Of a stretch of 64,000 nt of DNA, positions 31,788 through 40,919 are shown one piece after another. Both the position numbers and the translations under genes were made by a program. The notes beneath the pieces are model-generated. The model searched no databases, had not been told where the DNA came from, and saw only the letters and a program-made list of their open reading frames with translations. The stretch is from positions 288,001 through 352,000 of the forward strand of contig CAVVLJ010000016.1 of assembly GCA_963749075.1 (NCBI GenBank), in the 5' to 3' direction. Source of the DNA: an uncultured Pseudomonadota bacterium (GTDB taxonomy: Bacteria; Pseudomonadota; Alphaproteobacteria; JACZXZ01). Numbering within the stretch: position 1 is the stretch's first letter; every line of letters starts with the position of its first letter.

Positions 31788-33421
31788 CGCCAGCATCCCT
31801 CGACGCGATCGTAGCTCTTGGCGAGCGCATCGGCACCGCTCCCGATCAGCAGCTGCTTGGCGATCTTCTCCGATGCGGTCTTCGGCAGGCTGTCGCGGTA
31901 CTCGATGTAGCGCGGCACCTTGAAGCGGGCGAGATTGGCCTCGCAGTGTGCCACGATCCGTGCCGGCGGCACGGCATCCGCCGTCAGCCCGGGCTGCAGG
32001 ACGACGCAGGCCTTGACCTCCTCGCCACGCGTCGGGTCCGGCACCGGCACCGCTGCCGCCTCGACGATCTCCGACATGCCGCGCAGGACTGCCTCGATCT
32101 CGCGCGCCGAGATGTTCTCCCCGGCGCGGCGGATCATGTCCTTGATGCGGCCCACGATGTAGAAGTAGCCGCGCTCGTCCTGGCGAAAGAGATCGCCGGT
32201 GCGGAACCAGTCGCCATGGAAGGCGGCGGCGGTCGCCTCCGGCTTGTTGTAGTAGCCCTTGAGCAGGCCCGGCCCGCGGACGACGAGCTCGCCCACCTCG
32301 CCGGCCGCGACGCTCCTCCCCTCCGGATCGGCGACGCGCGCCTCGCGGAACGGCGAAGGAATGCCGCAGGAGCCGGAGCCCACCATGTCGGTCGCCTCGA
32401 TCGGCATGAAGAGGCCGGAGCCGATCTCGGTCATGCCGAACGCTTCGCGAACGATGAAGTCGAAACGCTCCTCGAGCGCGCGGTGGTTCTCCTTGTGCAG
32501 GCCGTAGACGTTGACCCGCACGATGTCGTTGTCACGGTCGTCGGGCGAGGGCGGCTGCTTGAAGACGACCTCCGGGAACAGGCAGAAATTGATGCGGTAT
32601 TGCCGCAGCCAGCCCATGAACCGGCTTGCGCTCTGCCGCCGTGCCACGAAGAGCGTGGCCCGCCGATAGAAGCTCATCAGCATCATCCATTGCGGGTCCA
32701 TGTAGAAGAACGGCGTCGCCGCCAGGATCCGGCGGTACGCGCGGCCGTCGCGTTCGGCGCTCACCTTGCCCATGGTCAGCCAGTAGCGCTGCGACAGCAT
32801 GCAGCCCTTGGGGAAGCCGGTCGTGCCCGAGGTGTATTGGATGTTGAGGAGATCGTCGAGCGCGGCCGGAGCACCGCCCGTGAAGTCGCTGCGCTCGCCG
32901 TCCAGGAGATCCTCGAAGGACACCATGTCCCGCCGAGCGCCGCCGACCACGATGACGTGCCGGTCCGTGAGCCCGGCGGGCCGCTCGGGCAGCTCGGCGA
33001 GCGTCACGAGGCAGGACTTGTCGATGACCAACCACTCGACGGCGCCGTCGCCGATCAAGTAGCTCATCTCGCGCGGCGTATAGGCGATGTTGATCGGCAC
33101 CATGACGGCGCCGAGCCGCGCGAGTGCCAGCCAGGTAACCGGCAGCGCGGAGAGGTTGGGCGTCATGACGCCGACATGGCTGCCCTTGCCGATGCCGCGC
33201 CGCGCCATGCCGTTGGCGAGGCGATTGACGCGCTCCCTGAGCTCGCGATAGCTGAGCCGCTCGCCTTCCTCGAAGAAATCGAGGGCGATCCGCTCCGGCG
33301 CCTCCGCCGCGGCCTCGTCGAGGAGCGCCGCCACGCCGGCCGGAAGCGGCCCGCTCTCGATCCGCCGCCGCCGCTCGGGCCAGGGCGGAACTACCGCGCC
33401 GAGAACTTCACGGCGCGACAT
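31784..33421 (-). CDS. AMP-binding acyl-CoA synthetase (CaiC-like)
   Basis: YTSGTTGFPKG, FGMTE, WFRTGD, GENIS. Confidence 0.92.
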   Translation of the reverse strand: MSRREVLGAVVPPWPERRRRIESGPLPAGVAALLDEAAAEAPERIALDFFEEGERLSYRELRERVNRLANGMARRGIGKGSHVGVMTPNLSALPVTWLALARLGAVMVPINIAYTPREMSYLIGDGAVEWLVIDKSCLVTLAELPERPAGLTDRHVIVVGGARRDMVSFEDLLDGERSDFTGGAPAALDDLLNIQYTSGTTGFPKGCMLSQRYWLTMGKVSAERDGRAYRRILAATPFFYMDPQWMMLMSFYRRATLFVARRQSASRFMGWLRQYRINFCLFPEVVFKQPPSPDDRDNDIVRVNVYGLHKENHRALEERFDFIVREAFGMTEIGSGLFMPIEATDMVGSGSCGIPSPFREARVADPEGRSVAAGEVGELVVRGPGLLKGYYNKPEATAAAFHGDWFRTGDLFRQDERGYFYIVGRIKDMIRRAGENISAREIEAVLRGMSEIVEAAAVPVPDPTRGEEVKACVVLQPGLTADAVPPARIVAHCEANLARFKVPRYIEYRDSLPKTASEKIAKQLLIGSGADALAKSYDRVEGCWR

Positions 33422-33534
33422 GGCGTGCACCGAACGCGGTAACGGCCCGCAGCTCCGCCCGGCTAGCAGCCGAAACGAAAGTTTCCATGGCCGCCTCCCG
33501 CACCTGCCCGCCTCATCGGGCTCGCGCTTCTACC

Positions 33535-33582
33535 ATGATAGAACAAATCGTCTCTCTGTCAATATGACGGAACATTTGTTCC
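33535..33582 (-). promoter_or_regulatory. Sigma70-type promoter with overlapping palindromic operator for the CoA/ABC operon
   Basis: Minus-strand TTGACA (33562-33557)-N16-TATCAT (33540-33535); palindrome GGAACA-TT-TGTTCC at 33569-33582. Confidence 0.65.
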
Positions 33583-33603
33583 TTCGCGCCGGCGTGCCTT
33601 CCG

Positions 33604-34482
33604 TCAATCCCGGTCTGTCCAGTAGACGCCGAAGTTCTCGCGGCGGCGGAATTCCTCCTTGACGCGCCCGACGATGCGCGGTCCCCCGCGTGCGACGAGA
33701 TAGCAGACGAGGCTCTCGAGCAGGGACATGGTCGGCACCAGGGACTGGTAGAAGGAGGTGCCGGCGGTCGGCAGCACGAACACCCGCGCGGCGTTGAGCG
33801 CGATCGGCGACAGCGTGTTGTCGGTCAGGGCGATGACCGCCGCACCGCGCTCGGCCGCGTGCTGCACGGCTTTGACCGCGTCGACGGCATAGGGCTCGTA
33901 GCTGAAGGCGAGCAGCGCGTCCTTGGCCCCGATCTCGCCGAGCTCGTCGATCAGCATGCCCATGCGGTCTTCGAGGAGGAAGACGTTGGCCATGAAGGTG
34001 CGCAGCAGATAATAGAGGTAGAACGAGAGGCTGTAGTTGCAGCGCAGCCCGAGAATATAGACCCGGCGCGCCTTCTTCATGATCTGGCCGGCGGCGGCGA
34101 TGTCGGCGGCGCCGATTGAGGAGAAGGCCTCGGCGATGTTCTTCTCGATGAGGGCGCCGGTATCGCGGTAGAGCACCTCGAAGTCGGCCCGCGCGCGAAA
34201 ATGCAGCAGCCGCCGGGCCTTGACGGCATAGCGGTCGGCGCCCGAGCGCAGGCCCTCGCGATATGCCTCGCGAAACGCGTTATAAGAGGCGAAGCCGAGC
34301 TGCGCCGCGAGCCGGACGAGCGTGGTCTGCCCCACTCCGGCGCGCGCCGCAATCTGGCGCAGCGAGTAGAGAGCCACCTCCGTCGGCGCCTTCACGATGT
34401 AGCGCGCCGCTTTGCGCATCTGCGGCGGCAGGTTGCGGTATTCGCCCTCGAGCCGGCGCGTGACGGCGGCGATGTTGCTCAT
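33604..34482 (-). CDS. MurR/RpiR family transcriptional regulator
   Basis: SLRQIAARAGVGQTTLVRLAAQLGFASY HTH followed by a SIS domain (VIALTD..LSPIA). Confidence 0.92.
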   Translation of the reverse strand: MSNIAAVTRRLEGEYRNLPPQMRKAARYIVKAPTEVALYSLRQIAARAGVGQTTLVRLAAQLGFASYNAFREAYREGLRSGADRYAVKARRLLHFRARADFEVLYRDTGALIEKNIAEAFSSIGAADIAAAGQIMKKARRVYILGLRCNYSLSFYLYYLLRTFMANVFLLEDRMGMLIDELGEIGAKDALLAFSYEPYAVDAVKAVQHAAERGAAVIALTDNTLSPIALNAARVFVLPTAGTSFYQSLVPTMSLLESLVCYLVARGGPRIVGRVKEEFRRRENFGVYWTDRD

Positions 34483-36104
34483 CGGCGCCAGACCGCATCG
34501 ACGCGGTCGTAAGTGCCGTGTGGCAATTCCCGACCCGCCTCCGTCAGCAGGTGCCTCGCGATCTTGTTCGAGGAAGTGCGCGGAAAGGCCTCGATGTAGG
34601 CGTAATAGCGCGGCACCTTGAATGGCGCCAGAAGGCGGCGGCAATGCTGCTCCACCCGATCGATGGAGCAATCCGCCGGTGCGAAGCCCGACTTCAGCTG
34701 CATGTAGAGCATGACCTCCTCACCACGCCGCGGGTCCGGAACCGGGACGGCCGCGGCGTCCTCGATCTCGCTCAAAAGGAGCGCCACGGCCTCGACCTCG
34801 CGGGCCGAGATGTTTTCGCCGCTGCGGCGGATCATCTCCTTGATGCGGCCGACGATGTAGTAGTAGCCCCGCTCGTCGCGCCGAAACAGATCGCCCGTGC
34901 GGAACCATTCGCCGCGGAAAGACGAGCGGTTCGCCTCGGGCTTGTTCCAGTAGCCTTTGAAGATTGCGCGGCCGGCGATCTCGAGCTCGCCGGTTTCGCC
35001 GGACCCGAGTTCCCGTCCCTCGCCGTCGCAAATGCGCGCGTGCCGCCACGGCCCCGGCAGGCCGCAGGAGCCCTTGCCGACCATATCGAAGGCGTCGAAC
35101 GGCATCGCGGTGCCGGTGCCGATCTCTGTCATGCCGAAGATGTCGCGCCCGACGGCCTTGAAGCGCTGCTCGAACTCGTGCTCGGCCTCAGGCCGCCAGC
35201 CCGAGAGGAAGGCCTGCTTGAGGCGCGTCCGGGCATCGTCGGGCGCCTCGGGCTGCTTCAACGCGAGCTGCGGGAACTGGCACCACTCGATGCCGAACTC
35301 CTTGAGCCAGCCGACGTAGCGGCCAAGCGACGGCCGCCGCGCGCAATAGACCGCAGCACCGGACCATAGCGCCTTGAGGAAATGCCATTGCGGATCCATG
35401 TAGAACCACGGCTGCGCCGAGAGGAGGCGTGCCGCCAGCTCGCGGTCGACGGTAGAGGCCGAGCGCGCGACCACCAGCCAGTAGTCCTGGCTCAGCATGC
35501 AGCCCTTCGGAAAGCCGGTAGTCCCCGAGGTATATTGGATATTGAGGAGATCGTCGGCGCCGACCGGCTCGCTCGGCGCATGCGTCGCGGCACCGGCCGC
35601 GGCAAGATCGCTCCAGTGCCGCGCGGGCGCCGGCAGCGCCGCGCCGACCACGATCACACGGTCGTCGCCGAGGGCGGCAGGTCGATCGGCGCAGGCGGCG
35701 AGCGTCGGCAGGCACTCTTCCTCCAGGACGAGCGCCGAGGCGCCGGAGTCGATGAGGACGTAGGCAAGCTCGCGTGCCGTGTAGCTCGGGTTGATCGGCA
35801 CCATGACGGCGCCGATGCGGGCGAGCGCTATCCAGGTGATCGGGAATTCGGCGCGATTGCCGAGCATGACGCCGACCCGCGCGCCTTTCCCGATACCGAG
35901 CGCGGCCAACCCGTTGGCGAGGCGGCAGGAAAGCTCCTGCAGCTCGGCGTAGCTCACCGTGCGCCCGTCCTCGAAGAACACCAGGACCGGCCGCTCGGCA
36001 AACCGCGCGGCGGCCGCGTCGACGAATGCGGGGACCGACGCGGGCAGCGCGCAGCCCTCGACCAGGCGCATTCTCGCCTGCCAGCACTCGACGACTGCGT
36101 CCAT
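34479..36104 (-). CDS. AMP-binding acyl-CoA synthetase (CaiC-like), paralogue of 31784-33421
   Basis: DDLLNIQYTSGTTGFPKGCMLSQ shared; FGMTE; WFRTGD. Confidence 0.9.
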   Translation of the reverse strand: MDAVVECWQARMRLVEGCALPASVPAFVDAAAARFAERPVLVFFEDGRTVSYAELQELSCRLANGLAALGIGKGARVGVMLGNRAEFPITWIALARIGAVMVPINPSYTARELAYVLIDSGASALVLEEECLPTLAACADRPAALGDDRVIVVGAALPAPARHWSDLAAAGAATHAPSEPVGADDLLNIQYTSGTTGFPKGCMLSQDYWLVVARSASTVDRELAARLLSAQPWFYMDPQWHFLKALWSGAAVYCARRPSLGRYVGWLKEFGIEWCQFPQLALKQPEAPDDARTRLKQAFLSGWRPEAEHEFEQRFKAVGRDIFGMTEIGTGTAMPFDAFDMVGKGSCGLPGPWRHARICDGEGRELGSGETGELEIAGRAIFKGYWNKPEANRSSFRGEWFRTGDLFRRDERGYYYIVGRIKEMIRRSGENISAREVEAVALLLSEIEDAAAVPVPDPRRGEEVMLYMQLKSGFAPADCSIDRVEQHCRRLLAPFKVPRYYAYIEAFPRTSSNKIARHLLTEAGRELPHGTYDRVDAVWRR

Positions 36105-36192
36105 CTTACCCGGATCCTCGAATTTATCGCCGCGCGGCCAAGCATAAGCGCGCGTGTCGCTCGGGTACAAGGGACGCGCCCATCCGGCGAAA

Positions 36193-37506
36193 TCAGAGCG
36201 CGGCCATCGCCCTGTCCACCCCGTCGCGCAGGCGGTACCAGCCGGCGACGAGCGGCACGAACCATGGCGTGCCGTTGTAAAAGGGCGGCGCGGGGAATGC
36301 ATCGCTATCGAAGGCGCAGCGCCGGTTCTGCTTGCCGAGCAGTTTCCGCGCGGTCTGGTAGCCGAGGTAGCTCATCATCGCGACGCCGCTGCCGTTGCAG
36401 CCGACCGCATAGTGAATGCCGTCGTGCAACCCCATGTGCGGCAGGTGATCGGCCGTCATGCCGACGAACCCGGCCCAGCAGAAGCCGATGCGCACCGGCC
36501 GCAGCTCCGGCCAGACCCCGCAGAGCTTGCCATGCAGACGCCGCGCCGCGGTGCGCGCATCGGCCTCGAAGATGCCCGGACGCGCGCCGAAGATCATCCG
36601 CGTGCCGTCGGGCGACAGGCGGATCCAGTAGAGCTCGCGCTGCGTATCGGACAGCATGCGCCGGCGAGGGATCAGCGCCTCGGCCATGCCAGGCGGCAGC
36701 GGTTCCGTCGCGACGACGTAGGCGTTGACCGGAACCACGCGCCGCCACAGATATGGCATGGCGCGGTCAGCATAGCCGTTGGTCGCCACCACCACGTCGC
36801 GCGCGCGGATGGGGCCGCGTGCGGTCTCGAGCAGGAAGCGGGCGCCGTCGCGCGCGATGGCGAGCACGCGGGCATGGGAGGCGAGGTGCGCTCCCCTGCG
36901 GCGCGCCGCCTCGCGCAGGGCCCGGTGATATTTCGCCGGATGCAGGCCACCGTAGTCCTCGATCAGCATCCCGCCGTGATAGCGGCGCCCGCCAACCTCA
37001 CGAGCCAGCTCGGAGCGGGAGAGCATTGACGCCGTCGAGCCGGCATGCTCGCGCAGCAGTTCCGCCCACTGCGCGAGTTGCGCAACATGCCGTGGAACAT
37101 GGGCGAGGATGACGCGACCGTAACGCACGTAGTTGGCATCCAGTTTGTACCTGTCGACGCGATCCCGCATCATGCGCAGCGACTCGCCGGCATCCTCTAG
37201 GATTCGCTCTCGCCGGCCGGCGTCCATGCCGCGAACCGCACCGGAAACGACGAATTTCTGCCCGCCGGTGACCATCGCCCCGCTGCGCGTGCTGGCACCC
37301 GTGCCAAGCGGCCCCGCATCGAGGACGACGCATGTCACCCCGCAATCCGCCAATTCCAGCGCACTGCATAGGCCGGCGTAGCCGGATCCGACGATGGCTA
37401 CGTCCACTTCGTCCGGCAAAGGCTGCGACGAAGTATCCTCGGGCGGCGCCGCCTCCCACCAGTAAGGCGTATCCTTGAAATCCTGGCTAAGTACATCGTC
37501 ACGCAT
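36193..37506 (-). CDS. FAD-dependent oxidoreductase (DAO/PuuB-like), paralogue of 22350-23666
   Basis: DFKDTPYWWEA, GSGYAG, GASTRSG, GCNGSGVA. Confidence 0.9.
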   Translation of the reverse strand: MRDDVLSQDFKDTPYWWEAAPPEDTSSQPLPDEVDVAIVGSGYAGLCSALELADCGVTCVVLDAGPLGTGASTRSGAMVTGGQKFVVSGAVRGMDAGRRERILEDAGESLRMMRDRVDRYKLDANYVRYGRVILAHVPRHVAQLAQWAELLREHAGSTASMLSRSELAREVGGRRYHGGMLIEDYGGLHPAKYHRALREAARRRGAHLASHARVLAIARDGARFLLETARGPIRARDVVVATNGYADRAMPYLWRRVVPVNAYVVATEPLPPGMAEALIPRRRMLSDTQRELYWIRLSPDGTRMIFGARPGIFEADARTAARRLHGKLCGVWPELRPVRIGFCWAGFVGMTADHLPHMGLHDGIHYAVGCNGSGVAMMSYLGYQTARKLLGKQNRRCAFDSDAFPAPPFYNGTPWFVPLVAGWYRLRDGVDRAMAAL

Positions 37507-37945
37507 GTCAGAGCCGCGCATTGCTCGAGCGTTCCTAACTGCCAAAGCTATAGTCCCGCGTCTCTGCAGGCAACTGCGGCTTCGCACCTTGCCGCTGGCC
37601 ACCCCGACCTTCGCTGCGACATGTAATAACGCTTCGGGCGGGCGGCGGACGCGTCTGCTGCGACGACCACCGAGAGGTTGGCCGCCCTCGCGGGGGCCCA
37701 GATCTGAATTTCGTCGCGCTGGTTGCGCCGGCATCCGAGGAGCGCGATGGAATCCATCATCGGTCCATCTTTTTCGATTGTGCTGACGAGAGGTGCCGAA
37801 TGTAACCGCTTGCCGGCGTCACGGTTGGCTGCCTCAACATTCCGTCAGCCATCGTACCACAGCCCAATGCGACTCGGTGCGAAACCGGCGATCCATCCTA
37901 TCTCGCGCGATGGTTGAGGGTGGGCCAGTGCTTCACGCGCGGTCC

Positions 37946-38180
37946 TTATTGATCGTTGTGCGCCGCCGCCGTGAGAATGAGATCGGTCAGCGATTTGCGC
38001 ACAGCTGGATCCGGGATGCGAGCGAAGGCACGTACGAACTCCAATGTCTCGCGCTTGTATAGAGGATCCTTTTCTTGGCGGGCTCCCCGGCGCGTGCCGC
38101 GTGGCTTGGGTGCCGCGCCCTCAAAGAAGAAGGACACCGGTACCTTCAGGACACTCGCAAACAGATAAGGACTCGCGGAA
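37946..38180 (-). pseudogene. Truncated XRE regulator, 3' half only (paralogue of 13417-14100)
   Basis: YLFASVLK.PVSFFFEG...QEKDPLYKRETLEFVR nearly identical; N-terminal HTH absent. Confidence 0.8.
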
Positions 38181-38210
38181 ACTTCCGTGCTGCGCGAAAT
38201 GAGATCGCTC

Positions 38211-38513
38211 TTAGGTCGACCGCCACTTCTTGAGGCCTTCGCCGAGAATCCGGCCGAGTCGGAATGCAATCTTTGATGTGCCACTGCTTGAAGGCGGAGG
38301 AGATGTTGCTTTCTTTATCTCTTGCACCTTCCGGCCCAACCGAAACACGACATCGGTCCAATCTCCCTCGGGAATGCCCTCATCTATGAGTTTCTTTTCC
38401 AAGCGTGTCTTAAGCGCTTTCGCATTTGCTCGCTCATGCTCGGTTGCGGCTGCGTCTTTGAGTACAGCACCAAGGCTCGCCAGTTTCCGACGAATAGCCT
38501 CGACAGGCTTCAT
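38211..38513 (-). CDS. Hypothetical small protein (weak DUF2786-like N-terminus)
   Basis: IRRKL.SL...AATEHERANA motif; family call tentative. Confidence 0.45.
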   Translation of the reverse strand: MKPVEAIRRKLASLGAVLKDAAATEHERANAKALKTRLEKKLIDEGIPEGDWTDVVFRLGRKVQEIKKATSPPPSSSGTSKIAFRLGRILGEGLKKWRST

Positions 38514-38704
38514 GGCGTTTTCCAACCGTGAAAGAGAGACTGTAACATAAACGTCTGCCGTGTCCATGGCCGATGGTCAGCACGCTCCGCCTACCCAGGC
38601 TGGCGTCGGCGTTAGATTGGCACGAAAACCGAACGCCGGTTTCGATGATTGCGAGCCCCAGGATTTGGACCTCCGGTCGCCGTCCCAACCCAGTACGAAA
38701 TCGG

Positions 38705-38754
38705 CCTTTTGCACTGAGTTGCCCTTTTCGGCCTCTCACCGATTGGTAAAGCCG
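38705..38754. repeat. ~50-bp imperfect direct repeat, copy 2 (partner at ~22221)
   Basis: CACTGAGTTGCCCTTTTCGGCCTCTCACCG; abuts the IS target site. Confidence 0.7.
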
Positions 38755-38758
38755 GTTA

Positions 38759-39611
38759 GGACGAATCGACATTTAGCGCATCCAGATCATGGCGCTGGCG
38801 AGGTAGAGCGCGCCGAGGAAGTGAACCGCGCGTCGGTCATAGCGGGTTGCGATGTGGCGAAAGTGTTTGAGCTTGTTGAAGAAGCGCTCGATGCGGTTGC
38901 GCAGCTTGTAGGCGACGACGTCATGCGGGATGAGGATTTTGCGGGAGCTGAGCGAAGGGATGACGGCGGCCGCGCCGGACTGTGCGATGAGCTCACGCAA
39001 AGCGTTGTTGTCGTAGGCCTTGTCGGCGATGATGCCGGCTGGGGCGAAGCCGGCGAGCAGTTCGGCAGCGGTGGTGCTGTCATGCGCCTCGCCACCTGTC
39101 AGGACGAAGCGCAACGGCCGACCGAGGGCGTCGGTGAGGGCGTGGATTTTGGTCGTCAGTCCTCCTCGGGAACGCCCCAGAGCCTGATTTTTGGCCCCCC
39201 TTTTCCGCTCGCCGCTTGCTGGTGCACCCGGACAAGCGTGGTGTCGAGCATGAGATACTGGTTGTCGGGGTCGCCCGTGAGCGAGGCGAAGACCTTCTCC
39301 CACACCCCGGCCTTGGCCCAACGTGTGAAGCGCTTGTGCACGGTCTTCCATTTGCCGTACCGCTCCGGAATGTCCTGCCACCGCGCGCCGGAGCGCAGCA
39401 TCCAGAGAACGCCGTTCAAAAACAAACGGTTATCCAAACCCGTCCGGCCCGGATCGCCGGGCTTGCCCGGCAGCAAATCAGCAATCCGCGACCACTGCGC
39501 CTCCGACAACTCGTATCGCTTCATCATGGCTGGACCTCCAGATCGTCGAATCCAGAGCTCCATGAGAATCACACATTCAGGAACAAGGGAATCCTGAATG
39601 TCGATTGTACC
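38759..39611 (-). mobile_element. IS5-family (IS427-group-like) insertion sequence, 853 bp
   Basis: Imperfect IRs GGACGAATCGACAT / ATGTCGATTGTACC, each flanked by TA; two-ORF transposase. Confidence 0.88.
38773..39527 (-). CDS. IS5-family transposase, two ORFs joined by a probable programmed -1 frameshift
   Basis: OrfA RYELSEAQW...WQDIPERYG; OrfB GRSRGGLTTKIHA, ADKAYD, YKLRNRIERFF; slippery GGAAAAGGGGGG at ~39195-39206. Confidence 0.88.
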
Positions 39612-40077
39612 TAGGCCGCATCATGACGATCAGATCGAAGGGAAACTCAAAGATCAAGAACGCGGCGGCCGTGCCGATGACGGCACTGGCCAGCGCGATC
39701 TTCCAGCCCCAACGCCGCGTGAGGTAGAGAATCACGAAGAAGGCCACCAGTGCGTCGACGAACGTAAACTTACCGACGATCACTCGGGGCGCGACGAAGC
39801 TCGGATAGGCCTGCTTCAGTTTCAGTCCATAGACGAGCGTGGCGACAATGACGGTGTAGAGCGCCAGCAGCCAGATCGCGATCATGAATGTGGCGGCTGT
39901 GCCTCCTGGCCGCGTGACCCTGAGCGGAGCACGCAGCCGTTTGCCGGCATGGGCAAATCCGCCGGCCACCACGAGCAGCACGATCGCCAGGAGGATCGCC
40001 TCGCCGCCGCCATAGGAAACCCAGGAGGCGGGCGCGTACGGCGGCGGCGCGGCTCCTTGGGCCTGCGCAAGCCACAT
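39612..40077 (-). pseudogene. Membrane protein truncated by the IS
   Basis: Several hydrophobic segments run into the IS end with no stop of their own. Confidence 0.55.
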
Positions 40078-40250
40078 AAGCGCGCCGGCGCGCGCTAATC
40101 CTTCAGAACGTCCCTGGCCCCATCGATCGAGATACCTCACGCAGAGCTGCGCATCTTCGAGGAGAGCAGCGATTCGATCCGCGCCGACGAGCCGCAAGCG
40201 CTGATCGACGCGATCAAAGGGCTTGTCGGCTACAAGGGCTAATTCTCGGC

Positions 40251-40880
40251 TTATCCCACCTGCGCATCGCTTGTGAAGGGCTCGACCGGGTAGCCGGGGC
40301 CGATCGCGGCGGCGACGTGATCCAGCCAAGCCACGACCCTCGGGTAGGGGCCAAAGGCGAAGCCACAATCCTCGGCGCGGTGGGTGTAGGCGTAGACCGC
40401 GATGTCGGCGATGGTCATGGCGTCGCCGACAAGGAACGACCCTCCGGTCAAGCTGCGCTCCAGGGCGGAGAGGGCACGCGCTCCGGTCTCGCGCCGGCTC
40501 TCGACCATGCGCCCGGCATTGAGCTCCAGCCGTCCGGTCAGCGTCCAGAAGCGCAGCGAGCCGATCGCCGGCTCGACATAGTACTGCTCGAAGAACAACC
40601 ACTGCATGACCTTGGCGCGGCGATAGCGCTCGTCCGGCAGAAAGCGCGTCCCTTCGCCGAGGTAGGTCAGGATCGCGTTCAATTCGGCGATGGTCCGCCC
40701 GTCTTGTAGCTCGAGGACAGGAATGGCGCCGACCGGATTGAGCCTGAGGAACGGCTCGCTCCGGCTTTCGCCCGCGAAGAGCGCGACGTCCTTGCGTCGG
40801 TAGGAAATTCCGAGCAGCCCGAGCAGCACCCGGACCTTCCAGCCGTTCTGCGACGACGGGTAATCGTGGAGTGTCAGCAT
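40251..40880 (-). CDS. Glutathione S-transferase family protein
   Basis: SQNGWKV, LNPVGAIPVL, QWLFFEQY, TIADIA. Confidence 0.92.
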   Translation of the reverse strand: MLTLHDYPSSQNGWKVRVLLGLLGISYRRKDVALFAGESRSEPFLRLNPVGAIPVLELQDGRTIAELNAILTYLGEGTRFLPDERYRRAKVMQWLFFEQYYVEPAIGSLRFWTLTGRLELNAGRMVESRRETGARALSALERSLTGGSFLVGDAMTIADIAVYAYTHRAEDCGFAFGPYPRVVAWLDHVAAAIGPGYPVEPFTSDAQVG

Positions 40881-40919
40881 GATGATTTTTCCTCGAAAAA
40901 GTGGACGGTTGCGAGGATT

